Shown in pieces: positions 31,637-41,230 of a DNA stretch of 64,000 nt. Location: positions 320,001 through 384,000 of the forward strand of contig CAVUVW010000013.1 in NCBI GenBank assembly GCA_963745035.1, written 5' to 3'. Source of the stretch: an uncultured delta proteobacterium. GTDB taxonomy: Bacteria; Desulfobacterota; Binatia; UBA9968. The notes beneath the pieces were generated by a model that searched no databases, was not told where the DNA came from, and was given only the letters and a program-made list of their open reading frames with translations. Every line of letters begins with the position of its first letter. The stretch's first letter is position 1. The position numbers and the translations under genes are program-made.

Positions 31637-31637
31637 T

Positions 31638-31875
31638 TCATTTCCACTTTTCAACGACTTCGTTCACTTCATCGCCGCCACTGTTACTCAGGGTTCCGGT
31701 TTCCCCCTGAAAAACGCGTCTCAACTGTTCTCCCGAATCGCTCTTGATGTACTTCCCATAGTGCTTCTCGATCATCGCCACCGACGTGCCGGTATACTCT
31801 GCGAGCCACTTGATGTTCACACCATGAGATAGAGCCTGGGAAATGAAGTTGGCGTGTGGCATAGAACTTTCAACC
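31638..31875 (-). pseudogene. Tyrosine recombinase/integrase C-terminal remnant
   Basis: KFYATR / [frameshift] NFISQALSHGVNIKWLAEYTGTSVAMIEKHYGKY, i.e. box II and the catalytic Tyr; abuts the tRNA. Confidence 0.8.
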
Positions 31876-32123
31876 GGCAACACGAACTCGCTCAGATCCG
31901 CGGCGTTGCTGTCGGGGGCGTCGAAGTCTCGCCGCCGCCGCCATCCAGCGCGCGATAGATGAGTACATCGCAGATGAGCTCGGCAGATCGTGGCGGCATT
32001 CGGCTCGTTGCGCCCGTTGGGCTAGTGTTCGGCCCAGGACTTCCGAAGTTGATCGTCGGTAATGGATATGGCTAAGCACCTTTGGGCCGTGGACTTGAAT
32101 GGCGCTCTCCGGCTCAGGTGTTG

Positions 32124-32432
32124 TTAGAGGGTGTAGGACAGGTCCAAAGAGCCAATTTCTTTGAGAGAGTGTTCCCTGTGGTGGTGCAGTACACAGTAGA
32201 TGTGGCGGCAGAAAGCGGCATCGTCGATGAGAAGTGTACCGAGATAGTTCAACCCTTCGTACTCAGTGTACAAATGGCAGGTAAAACCTAGCATTGACGA
32301 GTAGGAAACCCGTTTCAGGATTCCTACTTCACCTGAAAGAATTTTGTTCCGAGGGGCGTCTATCGGACTCCAACGCGGAGGCCAGATTGGCAGACCGTAG
32401 TATCGCATCAGCGGGTGACTGCGAAGTTCCAC
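32124..32432 (-). CDS. Hypothetical protein (102 aa)
   Basis: Intact ORF with protein-like composition (HPLMRYYGLPIWPPRW...SLKEIGSLDL). Confidence 0.55.
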   Translation of the reverse strand: MELRSHPLMRYYGLPIWPPRWSPIDAPRNKILSGEVGILKRVSYSSMLGFTCHLYTEYEGLNYLGTLLIDDAAFCRHIYCVLHHHREHSLKEIGSLDLSYTL

Positions 32433-33147
32433 TGATCTGACTTAGATCACAAATGCTTGGGTGTGGTAAAGGGTTTGACGACGCATGCTGGTTTCTGATG
32501 ACCAAAAATTCTGCTCAGAATCTTCACTCTATTAAAAGCCAATGTAGGCCGTTCGATCAAAGAAATCGGCCGACTTGGATTTGTCGCATACCTTTTGATT
32601 CCCAGGACAACACACTATTGCCCCACCACCCGGAGCTTGGGCAGCTAAAAGATCAACCCACTCGACGCGAAGAGCTTGTCCAGCAGATCAGCGACCTCAG
32701 CCGGTTGTGCCGAGCAATAAAGACCGCGAATTAATCGCGCCGAGAGCTCGTACTCATCAACGCCTTCCATGCACAGCAACTCGCATCCGCGGGCTTGAAA
32801 CCTGGCGGTATCCTTGGCGGCTTCGGTTTCGCGTCCACATCACTGTAGATGATCTGCCGGTGGGGAACCGTGCGCTCGGCCATTGGACTAAGGTCCAATA
32901 TACACATCTGCAGCAGTTTGATAGTCAGACACACAATTGGGCGCGCATCTGCCTTTGGCGAGGCAGATTGATTCCAGCAGGCGATTCGACGTGCACACAC
33001 GGTAAATGGGATTCTTGCTGACGACGGCCCGACCCGAGATGAGGAGGTGCTGAATGTAAAGCACTCAACGCGGCCGACGCGATCGAGGTGCATGGTGCCG
33101 AGTATAACGAGTATAACAGGTGAAAACCAAAAATAAGGAGACAAACT

Positions 33148-34026
33148 ATGGAAAACCGACATGCAAGGAAAATTACGGTTTTCGTGCTCTGCTTGAATCT
33201 GATTATGACCATGGGAGTGTTCCTTCCGGACAGCGGCTACAGTCAGTTCCAGCCGGGCCAGAAACGCACCATCAAGGATGGCGAGAAACTCACAATTAAA
33301 GGTGTCATTCTCAATCGCGATGGTGAGCTGTTTCTGTTACGCGACATATCGCGCACCGATACGTTGGTTGCGTTAACCGACAAAACCGAAATAGAGGTCG
33401 AGCGTAAGGGGCTATTTCGCCGGGACAAGCGTATGGATGCAACCGTGCTCGTGCCCGGCCTCATCCTGGAGGTCGAGGGCAAGGGTGCTGGAGGTCGTCT
33501 GGTGGCCGATGAGATTGAGTTCACGGAAGCTGACCTCAAGGCGGCGATAACCGCGTACGCTCAAACCGCTCCGGTAAATAAGAAACTCTCAGAGAACGAC
33601 CAAAAACTTGCGCAGACGAGCAAGGAAGTTGTAGACACCAACAAGCGAATTGATGAGATCGATCAGTATGAGCTTGTGAATGTTGTGACGGTGCCTTTTG
33701 CCGCGAACAGCGCTAAGCTCTCGGATAAGGCGAGGGCGCAACTGGATGATCTCGCTTCGAAGGCACCCGGCGCGAAGAATTATCTGATAGAAGTCAAAGG
33801 TTACACCGATGTGACCGGCAAGTCTTCAAAGAATCTTGAACTGAGCCTTGACCGCTCTGAGGCAGTCGTGCAGTACTTGGCGGCGAAGCACAACATTCCA
33901 CTACGGCGCATGACCATACCTATGGGCTATGGCGGAACTAAAAGCGGAGCGAAGACCACAAAAGGTCGTGAGGCGGAAAACCGGGTGGACGTCGCCATTC
34001 TGGTCAACAAGGGGCTGAGTAAGTAA
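33148..34026 (+). CDS. OmpA-family peptidoglycan-binding protein with N-terminal OB-fold-like domain
   Basis: AGGAG RBS, signal peptide, GYTDVTG...NLELSLDRSEAV...ENRVDV. Confidence 0.88.
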   Translation: MENRHARKITVFVLCLNLIMTMGVFLPDSGYSQFQPGQKRTIKDGEKLTIKGVILNRDGELFLLRDISRTDTLVALTDKTEIEVERKGLFRRDKRMDATVLVPGLILEVEGKGAGGRLVADEIEFTEADLKAAITAYAQTAPVNKKLSENDQKLAQTSKEVVDTNKRIDEIDQYELVNVVTVPFAANSAKLSDKARAQLDDLASKAPGAKNYLIEVKGYTDVTGKSSKNLELSLDRSEAVVQYLAAKHNIPLRRMTIPMGYGGTKSGAKTTKGREAENRVDVAILVNKGLSK

Positions 34027-34508
34027 CGCGCGAGCAGAGCGCCGAAATAGTCACTCGTCGTTACACGTGAGCAGCATTTTGTAAGGTCCTGATGAGGGCG
34101 GATCGCTCCTTTTTCGGAGCGATCCGCCACTGAAACAGTCTGCAAAACGGTTCGCCACTAATCGTATCTGGCTCAGTTTGCCGGGCAGGAGGGGTACTCG
34201 TTTTCTTCGTTCGTTTCCTCGACGGATTCATTACCGCCGCCGCGGATCTCCCACGTCCCTGACAAATAACAATCGCCGCACATCAACATTAGAGTTGGTC
34301 GTTATCGGGGGCAGGTTTTTAAAGCTCTCAAAGTCAGGCGGCCGCGTATGGGAACGTTGGCTTCTTGACGTTCTCCGATAAATAGCGATATATCTCCGCC
34401 TCTTTCAGGAGGTATACCGTGACAGTGGGTAATTCATTTTTTAGTTCGCGGTGGGCTTCGTTTCCGTCTGCGCTTTGGGCGTGATCGTTTACGCTTAGGG
34501 AGGGACAT

Positions 34509-34589
34509 TTGACCGTGCGCCGATCACTTCTCTGGCTCGTGATCACGATTGTACTGGTCAGCGCCTGGACGGCTTACCTCTACGCCTGA
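34509..34589 (+). CDS. Putative 26-aa single-TM microprotein
   Basis: AGGGAGG RBS, TTG start, MTVRRSLLWLVITIVLVSAWTAYLYA. Confidence 0.4.
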   Translation: MTVRRSLLWLVITIVLVSAWTAYLYA

Positions 34590-34593
34590 GCCC

Positions 34594-34713
34594 ATGGCCC
34601 GCTACTTCGCCAGATCCTGCCCGCGCTGCGGTGGTTACCTAGGCATCACGATGCATGAGCCGGCGAAGAAAACCGATGGCACTAGCTGCAAAGAAAAACT
34701 GGGGTTCCAATGA
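34594..34713 (+). pseudogene. Truncated paralog of the CxxC microprotein at 37080-37280
   Basis: MARYFARSCPRCGGYLGITMHEPAK versus MARSFTRSCPRCGGYVGITMRQSAK; second CxxC lost. Confidence 0.65.
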
Positions 34714-36308
34714 TCCGTACGAAAACTACGTACGGGTCTGAAGCGGGACCACTACGCAAAGGCGTCAAGCGATCCTGCCAGCGCAGGGCGCTGTACAAGA
34801 CGCTGCTGGCGCTTTCCGTCCTGCTAGCCGTCGGCTGCGCCGTTCTGACGAAGGACTATCCGCGCACAGAGTCGACCGCTTTCCCAGACCACGAGTCGAC
34901 AGCCATCGGTAAGCAAGTCGCCGCGCTTGCCGCGCAGCATCCCGGTCAGTCGGGATTCGCGCTCATCCGTCGAGGACGGCAGGCGTTCACGGCTCGGGTG
35001 GCACTGGCCGACCTCGCCGAAAAGACCCTCGACGTCCAGTACTTTCTGTGGGAGCGGGACGCCACGGGCCGCATCTTTGCCCAACATCTGCTCCGGGCCG
35101 CCGATCGCGGCGTGCGGGTTCGTATCCTGGTCGATGATGTCAACCTCGAGGACCGCGACGACAGTCTCGCGGCGCTCGACGCGCACCCGAACATCGAGAT
35201 CCGCATATTCAACCCCTTTCCGCATCGCTTCTCGCAGGTTCTCGGCTTCCTCACCGACTTCAATCGCGTCAATCATCGAATGCATAACAAGCTCGTAGTG
35301 CTGGACAACGCGCTGGCGATCGTCGGCGGGCGCAACATGAGCGACCACTACTTCGAGGTGGATCCGGTGTTCAACTTTCGCGACCTCGATATCGCTGCGG
35401 CCGGTCCCGTTGTCCGGGACCTGTCGAAAGTGTTCGACCGGTTCTGGAACGGCGAGTGGTCGGTGCCGGCCGCGGCGATGGTACACCGCCCCTACACCGA
35501 AGAAGACCTGCGCCTGCTCGCGCAACGCACCCGCGAACAACTCGCCAAAGTCCGGTATCCGCATCCCTTGGGCGAGGACCTGGCAAAGGTCAATGCAGAG
35601 TTTTCGACCATCCTCGACGGCTTCATATGGGCGCCGGGGCGGGTCGTGTTCGACGATCCGTCCGCGATCCACGATTCTAACGTACGCGTCATGCAGCGGG
35701 CGCTGGGCAACCGTCTCGAGCAATTGGAAAAGGAGCTACTGATCGAAGCGGCCTACTTCATCCCCTTGGCGCGCGGCGTTGAGATCGCCAAGAAACTGGT
35801 CGCGCGCGGCGTGCGGGTCCGCGTCGTTACCAACTCGCTAGCCTCCAACGATGTCCTGCCCGCCTTCGCCGGATATTCCATCAGCCGCAAAGACCTGATT
35901 CGGGCTGGTGTGGAGATCCACGAGGTGCGCTGGGAACCGGGCCCTCTGCGGAAAAAGCAGATTCTGCAGGGCTCCAAGACGGCTGTGCATACGAAGACGA
36001 TCGTGTTCGATCGCAAGGACGTATTCGTCGGCAGTTACAACATCGACGCTCGCTCGGCCACTATCAACACCGAAGCCGGTCTCTATGTGGAGAGCCCGGT
36101 GCTCGCCGCTCAGGTGGTCGAGTACTTGGACGAAGGGGCCGGCCCGGAAATCAGCTACCGGGTGCTGTTGGATAAGGACGACGACCTCTACTGGGTTGCC
36201 GCGGATGATGGCAAGCCCCTGCGCTGGAACACCGATCCGCTGACCACGCAATGGCAGCGCTTCAAAGCCGGTTTCTGGAGCGTCTTGCCGATCATCGAGC
36301 AGCTCTAA
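34710..36308 (+). CDS. Phospholipase D family lipoprotein (ClsC/YmdC-like)
   Basis: Lipobox LAVGC; two HKD motifs (HNKLVVLD...GGRN and HTKTIVFD...GSYN). Confidence 0.92.
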   Translation: MIRTKTTYGSEAGPLRKGVKRSCQRRALYKTLLALSVLLAVGCAVLTKDYPRTESTAFPDHESTAIGKQVAALAAQHPGQSGFALIRRGRQAFTARVALADLAEKTLDVQYFLWERDATGRIFAQHLLRAADRGVRVRILVDDVNLEDRDDSLAALDAHPNIEIRIFNPFPHRFSQVLGFLTDFNRVNHRMHNKLVVLDNALAIVGGRNMSDHYFEVDPVFNFRDLDIAAAGPVVRDLSKVFDRFWNGEWSVPAAAMVHRPYTEEDLRLLAQRTREQLAKVRYPHPLGEDLAKVNAEFSTILDGFIWAPGRVVFDDPSAIHDSNVRVMQRALGNRLEQLEKELLIEAAYFIPLARGVEIAKKLVARGVRVRVVTNSLASNDVLPAFAGYSISRKDLIRAGVEIHEVRWEPGPLRKKQILQGSKTAVHTKTIVFDRKDVFVGSYNIDARSATINTEAGLYVESPVLAAQVVEYLDEGAGPEISYRVLLDKDDDLYWVAADDGKPLRWNTDPLTTQWQRFKAGFWSVLPIIEQL

Positions 36309-36649
36309 GGCCGATGCACGCGCTCACTGGTTTGGCTGATCGTGCACCTAATCGTTTTGAGCGCGCAGTCAATCCATTACGCGCCGTGGCGTGAGATGTC
36401 TGCACCGCCATGCGTGGGAGTTTTCGCGACTGGCGCAAATTTTTCTGCCCACACTAAGTCCGCTAAACCAAAATACCATCTCACCACCGAGGTCAGGAAG
36501 TACACGTGATTGCTTCTGATCTATAGGTGGTGTCAGCGCCGATTAGCCCGCAGAAAACTAAATGACTGCAAGCAGGTCGGACGCTAAATATTTGGTTGGC
36601 GGTGGCCGAGACGTGAGTGGGTTGAGATGGGGCCGAGCTAGTCGACCTT

Positions 36650-36799
36650 TTACGTTAACAGGTAAAACACGCCTCCAAAGAGGAGACCAAAATAGCTTGT
36701 CCAAAATAGCAGGAAGGGCCAATTAATTTCCCATGACCGGTGGGTAGATTTTGTGAGTTCAAGGCGATGAGCTAGGATTTGTTCGAGAATATTCCCCAT
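36650..36799 (-). CDS. Putative 49-aa membrane microprotein
   Basis: GGGAG RBS; MGNILEQILAHRLELTKSTHRSWEINWPFLLFWTSYFGLLFGGVFYLLT; sigma-54 motif just upstream. Confidence 0.55.
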   Translation of the reverse strand: MGNILEQILAHRLELTKSTHRSWEINWPFLLFWTSYFGLLFGGVFYLLT

Positions 36800-36820
36800 A
36801 AGCGATAGTCTCCCGGCTCA

Positions 36821-36836
36821 CGCAACCGGTATGCCA
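36821..36836 (-). promoter_or_regulatory. Sigma-54 -24/-12 promoter
   Basis: TGGCAT-ACCGG-TTGCG on the minus strand. Confidence 0.6.
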
Positions 36837-37029
36837 CGGCGTGTCTAGAAAAGTTTACGCAATTTTAATGACCTCAGGTAAGTTGTTGCCCGAGCAAAAA
36901 GTCGACGAATTGCGGAAGCCTGAAGAAAACGACAAAAATTTGTTCATGAGGCGACAGAACGAAAGTCTTGCAGGATGAAGCCACCGCTCGTGGCGCAGAT
37001 TAACTTTCAAGAGTGGAAGCCAGATGGAC

Positions 37030-37086
37030 ATCGGCCTGACGATTCCTCCGAACGTACTGGCGCGGGCGGATTAGGGTGATTAAGTA
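37030..37086 (+). pseudogene. C-terminal scrap of an ABC substrate-binding protein
   Basis: IGLTIPPNVLARAD[+1 nt]RVIK-stop, the typical tail of the ABC_sub_bind family. Confidence 0.7.
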
Positions 37087-37280
37087 AACCTCACAAGTTT
37101 TCTTTCCCCGCTCCGAGCGGTAAGTCGCTTTCCCCGAATCACAAGCCACGCCAGTCGATAAGTGCAATCGAAACAGCGGCCGTCCACCGCCTGCACCGGC
37201 ATGACCTTCGCCGACTGCCGCATTGTGATTCCGACATAGCCTCCGCAGCGTGGGCAGGATCTGGTGAAGGAACGGGCCAT
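37080..37280 (-). CDS. Small Zn-ribbon-like protein (66 aa)
   Basis: CPRC and CFDC motifs; paralogous fragment at 34594. Confidence 0.6.
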   Translation of the reverse strand: MARSFTRSCPRCGGYVGITMRQSAKVMPVQAVDGRCFDCTYRLAWLVIRGKRLTARSGERKLVRFT

Positions 37281-37294
37281 CGCTGATTCCAGAC

Positions 37295-37555
37295 TTATCC
37301 GTTGGCGCGCGGCTCAACTAATCGTCTAACTTCTTCAAATTGCGTTCTGGGAATGCCGATGTCGGCACAGAGACAGATGATCTGGTTCTCAACACTGCCC
37401 AGACCTGCCGAAGTAAGGGCGCGTTTGATGATGATCTGGCACATTAGCCGGCACACGTGTAAAGCATCGGGATCCGTGTTCCACTTGGGATACGAGTCTA
37501 GCCACGCTGCTCGGATTTCTCGGTCAGTCATGGGTGAGTTATCCCTCCTTTTCAC
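37295..37555 (-). CDS. Hypothetical protein
   Basis: Intact ORF overlapping the AraC stop codon; AGGAGG lies ahead of an internal Met. Confidence 0.45.
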   Translation of the reverse strand: MKRRDNSPMTDREIRAAWLDSYPKWNTDPDALHVCRLMCQIIIKRALTSAGLGSVENQIICLCADIGIPRTQFEEVRRLVEPRANG

Positions 37556-38115
37556 CGCGCTTCGGGATCAGTAGTTTCGTTTGCAGGTTCCCCGTCCGAA
37601 TACGGGAGTTTGTGCGCCAGGCGCAGATGCCATTTCCTGAAACGCGCAGGAGTGGAATTGGTCCAGCGCTTGAAAGCTCTGTTGAACGAGCTGACTTCCG
37701 AATAACCCAGATGATGCGCGATATCGGTCAGCTTATTTTTCGAATCCCTGAGTAGATCCATGGCGAGCCGCCGTCGTGCGTCGTCGAGCAATTTGGTAAA
37801 GTCGACTCCGTCTCTGTATAGCCGCCGTTCCAGAGTTCGGGGCGTGAGGCCAAATGCATCGGCGACACGGCGCAGCTGCGGCGTTCCGTCTTTTAAAGAG
37901 TCAAGGATCATTTTCCGAACGGACTCGAGAAACGGAATTTCCACAGGCCCAACGGTGCTTGGCGCATTGAAGATCTCTTGGGCGACTCGATACAGACCTT
38001 CCTCTGGTTCCGGCATCGATCGAGTGACAGTGCCTAATTCAACCCGCCCAATTCCGATAACGAGTAAACCGTTCTCGATTTCGGGCCATTGATATAATCT
38101 GATCTTAAAACCCAT
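37552..38115 (-). CDS. AraC-family HTH protein with short N-terminus
   Basis: VADAFGLTPRTLERRL...IAHHLGYSEVSSFNRAFKRWT. Confidence 0.82.
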   Translation of the reverse strand: MGFKIRLYQWPEIENGLLVIGIGRVELGTVTRSMPEPEEGLYRVAQEIFNAPSTVGPVEIPFLESVRKMILDSLKDGTPQLRRVADAFGLTPRTLERRLYRDGVDFTKLLDDARRRLAMDLLRDSKNKLTDIAHHLGYSEVSSFNRAFKRWTNSTPARFRKWHLRLAHKLPYSDGEPANETTDPEAR

Positions 38116-38900
38116 AATTCTCTAAATAAGCGCTTTCACCGAAACTTTCTTGACAGCAAACGACAGATTATTGACAGTTGCGCCCCGTCTTGAACCGGAG
38201 ACGACGAACTCCCGGCTAAACTAGGCCGCTTCAATCGTGGGAGGCCTTTGCGCTGAGGAACAATAGAAAAACAATAGAAATGGAGGAGAACCGCTCTATG
38301 GATCTAGATAACCGCTGAGTCAAGACGTAGACCTGGGTTTTGATCCAGCATTTGACTGCTTATGCCTGCGGGCGTGGATTTCTAACTCTCTCCGGTTACC
38401 ACCTTTCTTTACTTCCCAGGTGCGCTCCGTGATCGAAGCCTTTGAATTTCTGGATGATGCACTGATGGCTTAGACAATTAGTGCAACACCGCCGCTTTCA
38501 AGAGTTGCTCCATTCGTTCGTGGACAATCCGAATCACCTGCCACAGATCATTGGTTGAATGTGACAGTTCATACGAGACTTGTTCTTTTGCTACTTTAAG
38601 CAGGCATTGTGCGTCCGGTTCAGTGGAAAGCTTCACAAGCAAGTCTTTAAATGCGAGTTCCACTTCTGCGTCGATCTCTACTTGCATGGACACTCCATAT
38701 TTCCGTGTGCGTGCCCGGCACCTGCTCACAGGTGGCAGCACGTTATCTTCTAACGACGAAGTGTGACTCGTATACAGCAAGCCGGCCTAGAGATTCTAAT
38801 ATAAGCGTTTTCACCGAAAGCTTTCTTGACAGAAAACGACAGATTATTGACTGTTGCCCTCCCCTCTGGATCTGGAGACGACAACCTCTCGGCTAAAATA
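38116..38900. repeat. Two diverged ~105-bp direct repeats (about 38116-38220 and 38792-38898)
   Basis: ATAAGCG(C/T)TTTCACCGAAA..CTTTCTTGACAG(C/A)AAACGACAGATTATTGAC(A/T)GTTGC...GGAGACGAC...CGGCTAAA in both copies. Confidence 0.85.
38478..38687 (-). CDS. Hypothetical helical protein (69 aa)
   Basis: GGAG RBS before MQVEIDAEVELAFKDLL. Confidence 0.45.
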   Translation of the reverse strand: MQVEIDAEVELAFKDLLVKLSTEPDAQCLLKVAKEQVSYELSHSTNDLWQVIRIVHERMEQLLKAAVLH

Positions 38901-39210
38901 CGTCGGTCAACAGGGTGTGAGTCGAATAGGATTCGCCGTTACGAGCTTTCCCCGGACGCCCTCCTGCGCTCACGCTTGCTTGGGTTTTGCGGTCGAACAT
39001 TGTTTCGGCGCGAGCAGCTCCGTCGTGATCTCGGACAGCTAGCCGACGTCGTTGCTTGGTAATTCCGGCGTTCCACAGCCGGTGAAGGTCAATAGCGGGC
39101 CGGTTGGCCACGCACGCTGAGGTGGGCCATTCCAAAACTGCCGGAAAAGTGGCTTGTACTCGATTACGCTATCGTTCTATTTTCTATTAATAACTTCTCG
39201 GAGGTGCGAT

Positions 39211-40047
39211 ATGACGCGTTATCTGATCCTGGCTAATCAAACCGCGGCGAGCCCGGAGCTGACCGCGGTGATCAAAGAGATCGTTGCCAACAATGCCGAG
39301 GCGGAGTTCGCCCTGCTGGTTCCCGCCACGCCGGTAGAGGATTTGCTGGACTGGCAGGAAGGCGACGCCGAAACCATCGCGACGCGCACCGCCCAGGCGG
39401 CGAAGGATCATCTCGAGCGAGTGGGCGCAAAAGTCGCGCGCACCGAAGTGGGTGACCCTTCGCCGATCAAGGCCATCGAAAACGTCCTGGAACATCAACA
39501 GACAAAGTACGACGAAATCATCATCTCCACGTTGCCGCTACAACGATCGCGCTGGGTCGCCCTCGACCAGCCGCGACGCATCGAGCGGCGTTTCAACATT
39601 CCCGTCCGGCACGTCGTCGGTCATTCGATCACGATGAGCCGCGAGGAACTCATCAACGGATTGAATGACGATCTTAACCTCGAACTCGAAGCGCTATTAC
39701 GAAGCGTCTATCATGCCGCCTCCGGCCGCGGCATGCTCGGTCACGAGCTCCGTGAGTTGCTGAAAAAAGAATTGCCCAGCGAGCTCGACCACGCCACGTT
39801 CCTCGCCGACAAGATCGTCGCGCTCGGCGGCGAAGTGCGGATTTGCCCCACGATGCCGGTGGAAATCAGTACGGCGCGGGACTTGTTGCAGCAAAACATC
39901 GCCGCCGAGCGTAAAATCATCGCCAACTACGCCAAGCGGATCGATCAGGCGGCGGAGTACGGCGACAAAGGCCTGGCGATCCGCCTGGAAAATATCCTCG
40001 CGTCGGAGACCGACCATCTCGAGCAGCTCGAACGGCTGGGCCGGTAG
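39211..40047 (+). CDS. USP-like domain fused to a bacterioferritin-like domain
   Basis: GGAGG RBS; N-half RYLILANQT...VGDPSP...DEIIIST; C-half four-helix bundle with E, ELDH, E, ETDH ligands and IVALGG. Confidence 0.82.
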   Translation: MTRYLILANQTAASPELTAVIKEIVANNAEAEFALLVPATPVEDLLDWQEGDAETIATRTAQAAKDHLERVGAKVARTEVGDPSPIKAIENVLEHQQTKYDEIIISTLPLQRSRWVALDQPRRIERRFNIPVRHVVGHSITMSREELINGLNDDLNLELEALLRSVYHAASGRGMLGHELRELLKKELPSELDHATFLADKIVALGGEVRICPTMPVEISTARDLLQQNIAAERKIIANYAKRIDQAAEYGDKGLAIRLENILASETDHLEQLERLGR

Positions 40048-40273
40048 ACCCTTGGATCACGGTTCGTTGAGGAAGGGAGGAAGTTTTTCGCGATTCAGCA
40101 CCAGATCGCGGGCTTCTTACAAGCTCGCCGACCTCATCTAAGTACGCGCAGGCGCCCGCCACCGCAGTGCGGCGGATTAGAAGCGCCGTTGTGCGGCAAA
40201 GGCGAAAACGTCATCAAGACCAGCAAGACATCTATCGAAGAAACTCGAAGAGCAGATACATAATAAGAGCCTT

Positions 40274-40658
40274 CTACCAAATGGCCTCGGCCAGCCAATC
40301 GGTAGCTAACTTTGCGTTGTCAAAGGCTGCAATCTTGAAACCTCGGTTGGCGAGCGAAGCGGCTAACGATAAAAGCTGCGGCTGTGACTCGGAGGCAGAT
40401 ACCAGCGCGAACTTTGCTGCCGTGGAACCATTCATCCGACGCGCATTCGTTAACGAGAAGTCGGATGCCCAAAGGATCTAATCGCAGTTGCGCATCACTA
40501 AGATCGATCAAGAGCTTACAGTTTGCGACTGTCTCGGTTAGCGCTTTGATTTTGTGCAAAATCTCTTTCAATTCTCCCAGGTTGAGGCAATCTTGTATGC
40601 TGATGTTTACATGACTCTCCTGTCCCGCCCAAGGGTATGCTCTTATCCGGTAGTTCAT
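40274..40658 (-). CDS. SpoIIAA/STAS-like small protein, +1 frameshift near 40410
   Basis: KLLIDLSD...GSKV, then ALVSAS...GFKIAAFDNAKLATDWL in the shifted frame. Confidence 0.5.
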
Positions 40659-41230
40659 CTGCGCCTCCACTGACCACAGATAAGCATGAGCACAGATTTC
40701 GTCTTGGCATTTCGCGTCAGTCAATTGACACTTGAAACCTCCTAGCGCTAAGGAAGAGTCTGAGGTTGGCGATGCCTGTGAAATCCTTGACCATATAAGT
40801 GGCGCGGTTATGACGGGAGTTCTTCGGTATGGTCGCTCGCAAAGGAGCCGACCCCGACCTGGTTTTACAAACGTGTGGACTGGATCGTTCAATTCTCGCT
40901 GACAGAGATGGTTTTGTCTCTACCGGCATTTCGTTGTATTGCCGGATGTTTTCGCCGCGAGTCCGGCAACTTCAAAACCCACGTATGCCCGCTCGCCTTC
41001 AACCATCTCAAACCATCGGGCGGCACGATCGTGAATCTTGCTTGGGTACTCCGATGTAACTGCTTTCAACCGCGCCCTTTAAGCGCCGGACCGGCAGGAC
41101 TCCTTCGGGGTACCGTGCGTATTCCGCCTACAAGGTCGGATGAAATCGAGGTGTGAACCGCGGATGAGTTTGCAGGATAAGCAACCCGTCCATTGGCAAG
41201 TTTCGTTAAGCCCGCGTTGCCGTGCGATGC

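Larger units (their letters stand above)
31637..41200. mobile_element. Degenerate tRNA-anchored genomic island (right boundary approximate)
   Basis: Begins at the tRNA 3' end with an integrase relic; visibly lower GC, sparse coding and gene fragments; host-like genes resume near 41.2 kb. Confidence 0.65.

Noticed and set aside
32453-33212. Several overlapping short ORFs
   Set aside because: No frame gives a recognisable protein or clear RBS; probably decayed or non-coding.
34677-34690. TGGCAC-TAG-CTGCA as a sigma-54 promoter for PLD
   Set aside because: The -24/-12 spacing is 2 bp too short, and sigma-54 spacing is strict.
38259-38280. Tandem 11-mer AACAATAGAAA x2
   Set aside because: A single slippage-type duplication with no further support.
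31637-41200. Active prophage, ICE, CRISPR array or defence system in the island
   Set aside because: The integrase is only a broken C-terminal piece. No structural, conjugation, cas or recognisable defence genes, and no repeat-spacer array.
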